64,000 nucleotides of DNA from Ignavibacteriales bacterium (GTDB taxonomy: Bacteria > Bacteroidota > Ignavibacteria > UBA10030): contig JACPUH010000021.1 in NCBI GenBank assembly GCA_016192345.1, positions 58,523 through 122,522 of the forward strand. Direction: 5' to 3'. Positions within the stretch are counted from its first letter, which is position 1. Each line of letters begins with the position of its first letter. Of this stretch, positions 30,996 through 38,631 are shown one piece after another. The notes beneath the pieces were generated by a model, which had not been told where the DNA came from, made no database searches, and was given only the letters and a program-made list of their open reading frames with translations. The translations under genes and the position numbers were made by a program.

Positions 30996-31104
30996 AATCA
31001 GCAATCAGCGGTCAGCATTCCGCCTTCTGCCTTCTGCCTCCTGCCTTCTGCCCTCTACATCCTCCTTACCCTTTGCTACTTAATACTTATTACTTGTTAC
31101 TTTC
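30996..31104. repeat. three consecutive heptanucleotide tandem arrays in the promoter region of the AmmeMemo-type radical SAM gene
   Basis: (RATCAGC)x3 at 30996-31016, (TCTGCCT)x5 at 31018-31052 and (TACTTNN)x4 at 31077-31104. The plus strand is strongly G-depleted across ~180 nt. Confidence 0.7.
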
Positions 31105-31128
31105 TTCTTCCTGCTTCCATACCCCCTA

Positions 31129-32019
31129 CTACTTCTTTCTTATAAGCCCCCTCAACACCCTCATATTCTCCACATCCTCCTTCATCTCCGGTCCCTTGGG
31201 TGTTTCCAGAATCTTGGGGATGTTGCTGAAGCGCGGGTCATTCATCAAAAAAGAGAATCCTTGAATCCCAATTTTCCCTTTCCCGATATGCTCATGCCTG
31301 TCAACGCGTGAACCGAGTTCCCGCTTCGAATCATTGACGTGAAACGCAACAAGCCGGTCCAATCCCACGATTGTGTCAAATTCCCTGAACGTTTCTTCGT
31401 ACCCCCGCTCCGTCGAAAGATCGTACCCGGCCGCGAACACATGGCATGTATCCAAGCAGACCGCCATCCTCTCCCGTTCTTCAACCAGGTCGATAATCTT
31501 CCTCAAATGCTCGAAGCGGTAACCGATGGCCGTCCCCTGCCCCGCCGTTGCCTCGATGACGCTTCGCACGCCGTATCCCGGGGTGCGTTGGTGGATGACG
31601 TTGAGCGACTCGGCAATACGTTTGATTCCCTCTGCTTCCCCTGCTCCCATGTGGGCACCGGGATGAAAGTTCAGGTACTGTACACCGAGCGCTTCACATC
31701 GGTCGAACTCATCCTTCAAGGCTTCCCTCGACTTCTTCAGAATTTCCTTGTCCACCGCGCAGAGGTTGATCAAATAGGTATCGTGGACCACCACCGGATG
31801 AATCCTTGATTCCCGAAGCAGCTTTTTGTAGGTTGACACATCCTCATCGGTCAGCGGTTTCCCTTTCCATTGATTGTTATTTTTGACAAACATCTGCATC
31901 GTGGTGCATCCGATCCGTTGTCCACGCTCGACGGCGGTGGCGACACCTCCAGCAATCGACATATGGGCGCCGAGGAGGAGGGTGCTGTTGTTCAAAGGAG
32001 ACATTGCACGCTTTTTCAT
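31129..32019 (-). CDS. nfo: endonuclease IV (apurinic/apyrimidinic endonuclease)
   Basis: LLLGAHMSIAGGVATAVERGQRIGCTTMQMFVKNNNQWKG matches the Nfo N-terminus, and the conserved His/Glu/Asp metal ligands occur through the TIM barrel. The true start may be the internal Met 15 nt downstream. Confidence 0.85.
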   Translation of the reverse strand: MKKRAMSPLNNSTLLLGAHMSIAGGVATAVERGQRIGCTTMQMFVKNNNQWKGKPLTDEDVSTYKKLLRESRIHPVVVHDTYLINLCAVDKEILKKSREALKDEFDRCEALGVQYLNFHPGAHMGAGEAEGIKRIAESLNVIHQRTPGYGVRSVIEATAGQGTAIGYRFEHLRKIIDLVEERERMAVCLDTCHVFAAGYDLSTERGYEETFREFDTIVGLDRLVAFHVNDSKRELGSRVDRHEHIGKGKIGIQGFSFLMNDPRFSNIPKILETPKGPEMKEDVENMRVLRGLIRKK

Positions 32020-32084
32020 GGTGCAGAAATTCCGGGAAGAATGTTTCCCGATACAGGTTCACTTTGAAGGTAGGAAAATTTCCC

Positions 32085-33266
32085 ATGAAAAGACTTCAGC
32101 GGCTTCAGAATCAACGGTCCAAGCTCGTTGTGGGATTGATCTCCGGCACCTCGGCCGACGGTATCGATGCCGCACTGGTGCGTCTCACGGGAAACGGAAC
32201 AAGCACCCGGATCCGGCAACTCGCGTTCGTCACGGTCCCCTACCCGAAGCGATTCAAAGAACTGGTCTTGAAAAACTCACTCCCCGGAACGGGAAGTGTC
32301 GACCTGATTTGTGAGCTGAATATCCTCATCGCCCATTTCTTTGCGGATGCCGTCAAACGTGTTGCACGAAAGGCCGGAAGGAGACTCTCCTCCATCGACC
32401 TGATCGGTTCGCACGGACAAACGGTGCATCACTTGCCGTACCCGAAACGCGCGTTCGGCAAAACGATCCGGTCAGGACTGCAACTCGGGGACCCTTCTAC
32501 CATTGCCCAATTGACGGGCATTCCGGCCGTCGGTGATTTCCGGACAGCCGATATGGCTCTCTGCGGCGAGGGGGCACCGCTGGTGCCCTATTTTGATTAC
32601 CTGATGTTCCGGTCCAGGACCCAAAACAGGATCCTGCTGAACCTTGGGGGGATCGCAAACTTCACCGCATTGCCGAAGAATTGCTCTTCGCATGATGTCG
32701 TTGCGTTCGATACGGGACCGGCCAACATGGTGATCGATGCCTTGATGAAGAAATTGTATCATCGGGAGTTCGATCGTGGCGGGAAGGTTGCCCTCACGGG
32801 CGAAATCATTCCGGGCCTGCTGGCGACCATGATGACTCATCCCTACTTCCGTCAGCAACCGCCGAAGTCGACCGGGCGCGAGATGTTCGGGAACATGTTC
32901 CTTCCCAAGTTGTTAAACTATTCCCGGGGCTTGCGCAAACAGGATGTCATCGCCACCGTAACAGAGTTTACCGCCTTTTCGATCTTCGATCAGTACAACA
33001 GGTTCATCGCACCACGCATGAAAACGGACGAAGTGCTGGTCAGCGGCGGCGGCGTTCACAACGTTGCGATCATGGAAGCCTTGCAGGATTATTTCCGCCA
33101 CGCCACGGTTGGAAGGATTGAAGATGTCGGCTTCTCCTCTGATGCCAAGGAGGCGGTCTGTTTCGCGGTCCTGGCCAACGAAACCATTTCGGAAAACCCT
33201 TCGAACATCCCGAGTGTGACCGGCGCGACGAGACCCGCCATTCTCGGAAAGATCTGTCTCCCTTAG
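32085..33266 (+). CDS. anmK: anhydro-N-acetylmuramic acid kinase
   Basis: Trimmed to MKRLQRLQ. GLISGTSADGIDAALV is the AnmK N-terminal ATPase motif, and the rest is the ASKHA fold. Confidence 0.85.
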   Translation: MKRLQRLQNQRSKLVVGLISGTSADGIDAALVRLTGNGTSTRIRQLAFVTVPYPKRFKELVLKNSLPGTGSVDLICELNILIAHFFADAVKRVARKAGRRLSSIDLIGSHGQTVHHLPYPKRAFGKTIRSGLQLGDPSTIAQLTGIPAVGDFRTADMALCGEGAPLVPYFDYLMFRSRTQNRILLNLGGIANFTALPKNCSSHDVVAFDTGPANMVIDALMKKLYHREFDRGGKVALTGEIIPGLLATMMTHPYFRQQPPKSTGREMFGNMFLPKLLNYSRGLRKQDVIATVTEFTAFSIFDQYNRFIAPRMKTDEVLVSGGGVHNVAIMEALQDYFRHATVGRIEDVGFSSDAKEAVCFAVLANETISENPSNIPSVTGATRPAILGKICLP

Positions 33267-33379
33267 AAGCACAGTCTAAAATTCAGTATAGAGCTGCCAC
33301 TCAAGGCGATGGCTTTTTTCTTTCCACGAAACATACAAAGCGATTTTTCGTGTATTTCGTGGGCTGCTCCTTTCGATCA

Positions 33380-35719
33380 TCACGGCTCTCCGACGGATGC
33401 AAAGAGCGGGATCTGGAACGTCTGAACGCCAACCCTGCCCCGATCCTGCGGGACGACACGGCGACCAGCCTTTCGCGGCGCCCCCACCCCCAGTTCCACT
33501 TTTAACCTCCCCACATCGTATCCCAGGGGAAAGAGAAGCGTCTCCACTGCTTTCAGGGCGAACTCCGTGTACTGTTCGATATCGTACCCGTCCTCGAACG
33601 CGTAGAGGGCCAGCGGTTTCGCTTTCTCCGGTTTCCTTGTTCCCGACTGGTCCAGGATGATGAACTCGATCATCTCCCCCGGGGCGAGCGACACCCCCAT
33701 CGCTTTGACCATCTTCGAGACCACGGCGCTGATGCTGTTGTTCTCGTACTCATCCGGTTCCTTGCTGATATGCCGTCGCAACACCAGCTCCATCGGGTTT
33801 GCCTTGCCGCTGCGCAGGACGGCGATATGGTTACGGGCGATCATAAGCAACTCGGGGAGCATGGCCTGCACCTCCGCCACATTCTGCGCGGCGGCCATGT
33901 GGTCCAGCATGGCCTGTTGCATGGTTTTGATGAACTGCGGCACGTCGCGGCGGCGCGATTCGATGCCGCGGATCTTGATGTCGTCATGGCGATACCAACC
34001 GACGTACCGGTTTGCCGTGGTAATCACCGGGTCCTGTTTCGAGGCAGGGAACAGGATCCAGCGATAGATCCCTTCCAACGAAATATCGATGCCAGCTTGC
34101 TTTCCGATCTCCGTCGCCAGTTCCTCGTAATCATGTTCCGTCGCCCCCGATTTCTTCAACCACACACAGTCGATGATCGCATGGAGCATCCGGAACCCGC
34201 CCCGCTCGGCCACCTCCTTCGCCCGGAGGATGGCATCGCGGGAGAAGGCATTCACGGCCTCGTGCGCCTCGATCTTCCCGAAGCGCGCGTTCTTATAGCC
34301 GAGATACCCGAAGCAGCTGACGAGCATCCACTTGAGGGCGTTCTGGCGGTGGTCATATTTCCGGAACTCAGCTTCGTTCTTTCCCCGGTTCAGCTTTTTG
34401 AGCCGTTTATAGTGGGACCGACGTTCCACCACGGCGCGCAGGGTCGCCGGGATCACCCCCTCGCGCTTTTCGCAGATCGTATAGCCCAATTCCGGGACGC
34501 GTTCGTTTCTGCAACAGCGGCAATTGACCGTCTCCGGCGAGACATTCCGCTCCACCATGATCGTCGGGTACATCGAGACAAAATCGAGTTCGGCAACCTC
34601 TTCATGATATCCAAGGGGCGGGTTGTAGATGAGTCCGCCCCGATCGGCCAGCATCAGCGTTGATGCCGGCTTGAACTCCTCCGGCTCACGCTTCTTTGCC
34701 GGGATCAGCACATTGTTGCGGTACGCCCACGACAGTTGCATGGAAGACATGGAGGTCCCGATGCTCGCACGCGCCTGGCGCTGGACCGGTATCTGCGTCA
34801 GCCGCGTCAGTTCGAACACCCCCTCCAGGTCCGCCTCACCCAGCGTGAAGGAATTTTTCTCGTCCAGGTGCCACCTCCCGGCCAGTTCGAAGGCTCCATC
34901 CTTGTGCACAATCTTGCCGTACTGGAAGAAGCTTGATTCCCGCGTGGTGGCGTATCCGGCGTGCGGATCACGGTTCAAGAGCAAAGGTACATTGAGCTGT
35001 TGGGCCAGACCGGTGATGTGTGGCAACAGGATCGAATCGCCGTACTCTGTGATCAGGACATCAGGGTCGCTCCGGTGCAGGTGCCAGTTAAGCGTCTCCA
35101 GGACCTCGCGCGGGTTGTGCTGTTCCAACGCGTACGTGCGCCCGTCATAACTCACCTCCAGTTGTACGTACTTCCGGTACTTCGGAGGGACGAACGAGTT
35201 CGCATCCCGCAGCCACAGAATGGACAGGGGCGGGAGGGAATAGTCCATGGCTTCACGCGCATCGTTGATCGTCCACGTGAGAAGATGGTTTTGTTCATCG
35301 ATGACGTACTCCCCGCGCGCAAGCGGGAACAGTCCCGTTTCATAGAGAAAGAGCTGCGGAACCAGGACATCCGAGTTGAAGAATGCGAAGTGGGGAAAGA
35401 ACCGCTCGTAGTACCAGACGACCTTCTTGAACTGGAGCGGGTTGTGGACAAAGACCTGCAGCACATCCCATGATTCGCCGGAGTAGATTTCCGTGTGCGT
35501 CGTCCGGTTAAAGGAGACCCGCGCGGGACACTGTGCGCCCAGCAGGAGCGCCCGTTTTGCATCGAAGTCGCTCAGGTGAAGAAAAAACGACGGGGTAAAC
35601 GGAGCGAGACAGCGATAGCGCCGGCCCGTTGTACTGAGAAGCCAGACGACAACCCCATCGGCTGACGGATAGACGTCGAAGAGATACCCATCAATGGTTT
35701 CTGATGTCCCGGGATTCAT
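33380..35719 (-). CDS. family-B DNA polymerase of archaeal type, exonuclease motifs lost and motif C divergent
   Basis: Track ORF trimmed to MNPGTSETIDGYLFDVYPSADGVVVWLL, which aligns with the PolB N-terminus (MILDVDYITEEGKPVIRLF). Motif A is intact (LDFVSMYPTIMVERNVSPETV) and motif B is KWMLVSCFGYLGYKN. Motif C reads MLHAIIDCVWL where YGDTDS is expected. Exo I is LSILWLRDANSF (no DxE) and Exo II is EYGDSILLPHI where YNGDSFDFPYL is expected. Confidence 0.8.
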   Translation of the reverse strand: MNPGTSETIDGYLFDVYPSADGVVVWLLSTTGRRYRCLAPFTPSFFLHLSDFDAKRALLLGAQCPARVSFNRTTHTEIYSGESWDVLQVFVHNPLQFKKVVWYYERFFPHFAFFNSDVLVPQLFLYETGLFPLARGEYVIDEQNHLLTWTINDAREAMDYSLPPLSILWLRDANSFVPPKYRKYVQLEVSYDGRTYALEQHNPREVLETLNWHLHRSDPDVLITEYGDSILLPHITGLAQQLNVPLLLNRDPHAGYATTRESSFFQYGKIVHKDGAFELAGRWHLDEKNSFTLGEADLEGVFELTRLTQIPVQRQARASIGTSMSSMQLSWAYRNNVLIPAKKREPEEFKPASTLMLADRGGLIYNPPLGYHEEVAELDFVSMYPTIMVERNVSPETVNCRCCRNERVPELGYTICEKREGVIPATLRAVVERRSHYKRLKKLNRGKNEAEFRKYDHRQNALKWMLVSCFGYLGYKNARFGKIEAHEAVNAFSRDAILRAKEVAERGGFRMLHAIIDCVWLKKSGATEHDYEELATEIGKQAGIDISLEGIYRWILFPASKQDPVITTANRYVGWYRHDDIKIRGIESRRRDVPQFIKTMQQAMLDHMAAAQNVAEVQAMLPELLMIARNHIAVLRSGKANPMELVLRRHISKEPDEYENNSISAVVSKMVKAMGVSLAPGEMIEFIILDQSGTRKPEKAKPLALYAFEDGYDIEQYTEFALKAVETLLFPLGYDVGRLKVELGVGAPRKAGRRVVPQDRGRVGVQTFQIPLFASVGEP

Positions 35720-35799
35720 GGGAGGATGCTCATGCTTGCTCTGTCTGTTCGGGAAGGATACGGGAATGGAAACGGAACAATCCAAAGATGCCCGTCACG

Positions 35800-36069
35800 T
35801 TACACGCGGTACACTTTTTCCTCCAGCCGTGCAAGGCGTTGTTTCAACTCGCGCATGACCCTCCCTTGCTCGACGATAATCGACATCATGATGCTTTCGA
35901 ACGGGATGGTCCGCATGGCATAAAAATTGGCCGCCAGTTGCCGCCGCGCGGAGCGAAAGACCTCATCGAAGAGTTCCTGGTCTTCCTTGCGGAGTCCCTG
36001 CCGGTACTTCGACCAGCTGACGATCTCGCTGTCGATGATGTTCGTGAAGGTCGGTACGGTACGTCCCAT
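35800..36069 (-). CDS. small hypothetical protein with C-terminal coiled-coil
   Basis: About 89 aa (MGRTVPTFTNIIDSEIVSWSKYRQGL...MRELKQRLARLEEKVYRV). A strong SD, GGAGGAG, sits 7 nt upstream of the ATG. Its 5' part overlaps the 3' tail of the upstream ORF in another frame. Confidence 0.5.
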   Translation of the reverse strand: MGRTVPTFTNIIDSEIVSWSKYRQGLRKEDQELFDEVFRSARRQLAANFYAMRTIPFESIMMSIIVEQGRVMRELKQRLARLEEKVYRV

Positions 36070-36790
36070 AACGGTCTCCTCCTTTCGCCGGGGGAACCTC
36101 ATTTCCGCTCCGGTGGATGATTGGTGTGCTGAGTTCCTCCTGCTCCAGGATCAATCGGGATACTTCCGGCCTGACATCCAGCCGGTAGACCCGGTCTGCA
36201 CGGGCCTTGACGGTTGTGAACAGGATGTTTCGCTCCTCCGGCAAAACCTGTCGGTCCGTGCATGCCAGGAGGAGGGAAACCCCGGCGCGCTTCAACTCAT
36301 GCAGCGTCGCCAGCACGCGCACCAGAATCTGTCGTACTTCACGGAACGGGGCCTGCTCGTCGTAGAACGTATCGAGCAAGCCGAGGATCAAGACGGTGTT
36401 GGCCTGCTGTTTCCGGCAAACCTCCGGCAACCGGTTCACGATGGTCTGTTCCATCTGGTAGCAGGTAAAGCTCCGTGAAACGAAAATACGACGCAGGAAA
36501 TCGTCGGGGTTGCGTTTCCCGTACTGTGCGAACCGGATGACCGCGTGAGCGTTGAACCGGTTCCCGCCGTCAGCCACCACGACATGGCCCCCTTCCGCCA
36601 GCATCGCGGAGGCAATGTTCATGGAGAGATCAAATACGGGCCGGTCGCCGTACAACAGGTACACCTTGCCGGGAGGCCGGGAAAACCGTTGCACCAGCTC
36701 CTCGGCCTGCAGGACGGGTCTTGCAAGAGAGGAGTGCGGCGCGGGGGGGGGCGGATATCGCCCGTGGGCTCCATGGCCTCCCATGCTCAT
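35963..36790 (-). CDS. RecA-fold (ImuA/SulA-like) protein with degenerate Walker A
   Basis: The track ORF extends to 37015, but its first 76 codons overlap the DUF72 gene. I prefer the Met at 36790, which overlaps the DUF72 stop (ATGA). The core GKVYLLYGDRPVFDLSMNIASAMLAEGGHVVVADGGNRFNAHAVIRFAQ ... TVLILGLLD follows the RecA/KaiC/ImuA strand-loop-helix pattern without GKT/S. The last ~35 aa are low-complexity and overlap the small ORF, so a frameshift or an earlier true stop is possible. Confidence 0.5.
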   Translation of the reverse strand: MSMGGHGAHGRYPPPPAPHSSLARPVLQAEELVQRFSRPPGKVYLLYGDRPVFDLSMNIASAMLAEGGHVVVADGGNRFNAHAVIRFAQYGKRNPDDFLRRIFVSRSFTCYQMEQTIVNRLPEVCRKQQANTVLILGLLDTFYDEQAPFREVRQILVRVLATLHELKRAGVSLLLACTDRQVLPEERNILFTTVKARADRVYRLDVRPEVSRLILEQEELSTPIIHRSGNEVPPAKGGDRYGTYRTDLHEHHRQRDRQLVEVPAGTPQGRPGTLR

Positions 36791-37704
36791 CGTTCCTCCG
36801 GATGCGGGGAAAACAACGGATGAAGGATATTCACCGGCGTACTGATCGGCTGGAGGACGGGAAACGCCTTCACGAGACGATCCGGCACCAGCACCGGATG
36901 CCGCGACCGCAGCAGGTGCCGCAACTGGAATCCGTTTATGAAGGAACAGGCTCCTCCATCGTTGTTGAAGCTCACATGCACGATTCCGGATTGCTCCGCC
37001 CGCTTCAAACGCCATGCGAGATCCTGGAGCTCACGGTCGTTATAGCAATAGTCATACCGGTATCCCCGCGTGGGGTCCCACCATGCCGCGGCATTCCTCC
37101 CCATCAAACGAAAATAGGAAACGCCATTCCACGCGGCATCGGTGAGCGGCATAGCGCGTCCCACTACGGGAACATCGATATTGACCAAATGGAATTTATT
37201 CTCCTGGAAAAAGTTGTACATCATCGGACTGTTCCATGAATTATGCCTCACCTCAACGAACAACCGGTACGGTTGGAAAGCACGCGCGAGTTCCATAAGA
37301 TAGAGGCGCCGTTCCCGGATATTGGTGAACGAGTACGGGAACTGCATCAGGAGGCCCCCCAGCCGGTTGGCCGCCGCAAGAGGTTCCAGAAGTCTGTGCG
37401 TTGCAAGGACATCCCCCTGGTCAGCCGTGCCCGTATGGGTGAACCCGCGGAACAATTTCACCGAGGAGAAAAGAAAGTGCTTGTTGGCGGCAACATCCCG
37501 CAGCCACCGGCGGGCATGGATCGGCGTCAACGCCGAACTGTAGAATGACGAGTGAATTTCCACACTATCAAAAAACTGGCTGTAATACTCCAGTTTCCGG
37601 AACCCCCGCTTTGTCCCCGGGGGATAAAATACCCGGTCGAACGGCTCCAGGTCCCATCCCCCCATCCCGATAAAGATCTTCGAACGATCGACATGCATGG
37701 ACAC
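36787..37704 (-). CDS. DUF72 (YecE/UPF0759) family protein
   Basis: 305 aa. IFIGMGGWDLEPFDRVFYPPGTKRGFRKLEYYSQFFDSVEIHSSFYS matches the DUF72 N-terminal signature. GGAGGG lies upstream of the ATG. Confidence 0.75.
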   Translation of the reverse strand: MSMHVDRSKIFIGMGGWDLEPFDRVFYPPGTKRGFRKLEYYSQFFDSVEIHSSFYSSALTPIHARRWLRDVAANKHFLFSSVKLFRGFTHTGTADQGDVLATHRLLEPLAAANRLGGLLMQFPYSFTNIRERRLYLMELARAFQPYRLFVEVRHNSWNSPMMYNFFQENKFHLVNIDVPVVGRAMPLTDAAWNGVSYFRLMGRNAAAWWDPTRGYRYDYCYNDRELQDLAWRLKRAEQSGIVHVSFNNDGGACSFINGFQLRHLLRSRHPVLVPDRLVKAFPVLQPISTPVNILHPLFSPHPEER

Positions 37705-37854
37705 CCTCCTTTAAAAAAGGCGTCATCGTTCGACCTCGCTCACGATGACATGATTTTGTATTGCTCGAGAAGCTGAACATAGAACATCACTCAGCTCCCG
37801 GTGACCACTTGACACCAACACGAAAATTGTCTACATTGGCCTCGTCAAGGATGC

Positions 37855-37898
37855 GACATATTTGTCGCTTTGTCAAGAGAAAAAATGACAAAAATGTC
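37855..37898. promoter_or_regulatory. pair of GACA-N4-TGTC inverted repeats upstream of the LexA-like gene (candidate operator)
   Basis: gacatatttgtc at 37855-37866 and gacaaaaatgtc at 37887-37898. Both are 12-nt sites, 32 bp apart centre to centre, and 34-77 nt upstream of the ATG at 37932. Confidence 0.35.
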
Positions 37899-37931
37899 TA
37901 TGCAGAAAAACCCCCTACAGGAGCGCACGGT

Positions 37932-38582
37932 ATGAAACAATCCATTGCACAACGCATCCGCATTGCGAGAACGGAGAAGGAGATCGAACAGGGGACGCTT
38001 GCCGCAAAACTTGACGTTGCGCGACGCACCGTCCAACGCTGGGAAAAGGGGGAACAGGTGCCCGACAGTAATTACCTGATGCGCATCGCGAAAATCACCG
38101 GCGTGACACCCCATTGGTTGCTGACCGGAGACGGGGATATGTACGCCAAACCATCGGAAGCGGCCATTCTTCCGCTCGCCACCCAACGCTATAAAAAAGT
38201 CGAGCTCGTCAGGCTTCCCCTCCTCTCCTCCGTCCCCGGCGGGGCGCCAAGCCTCATCTTCCATCCCGACTATGTCGAGAAGTATATCACCGTGGACGAT
38301 ATGCGGGACCCGAACGCGTTCGCGCTGGAGGTTAAGGGGAACAGCATGGCACCGCGCATCGAGGATGGCGACATCATCGTGGTGAGCCCCCGGATCGAGG
38401 CGCGGAGCGGCGATATCTGCGTGGTGCGGATCAACGAAGAGGATACCGTCAAGAAGATCAAGATCGAGGAGCGGTACCTCCACCTTATCCCTCTCAACCC
38501 GGAGTACGAGCCGATGGTGGTACAGAAAAAAGACGTGGCGTTCATGTGGCGGGTGGTGAAGGTCATTAAAGAGATCGGATAG
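37932..38582 (+). CDS. LexA-like transcriptional repressor: XRE-type HTH plus S24 peptidase domain
   Basis: Trimmed to MKQSIAQRIRIARTEKEIEQGTLAAKLDVARRTVQRWEKG (HTH_XRE). The C-terminal S24 domain has GNSMAP (Ser nucleophile) and a downstream VKKIKIE Lys. It is divergent from the DUF72/ImuA-like/PolB operon. Confidence 0.8.
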   Translation: MKQSIAQRIRIARTEKEIEQGTLAAKLDVARRTVQRWEKGEQVPDSNYLMRIAKITGVTPHWLLTGDGDMYAKPSEAAILPLATQRYKKVELVRLPLLSSVPGGAPSLIFHPDYVEKYITVDDMRDPNAFALEVKGNSMAPRIEDGDIIVVSPRIEARSGDICVVRINEEDTVKKIKIEERYLHLIPLNPEYEPMVVQKKDVAFMWRVVKVIKEIG

Positions 38583-38631
38583 ATCGGTCGGACATCACCC
38601 CGGCACTCAGACCCCAATTTTCTTTCAGCGC

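Noticed and set aside
36790-37015. N-terminal 76 codons of the 350-aa track ORF 35963..37015
   Set aside because: This segment overlaps the DUF72 coding region in another frame. A Met that overlaps the DUF72 stop gives a sensible coupled start, so the extension was trimmed.
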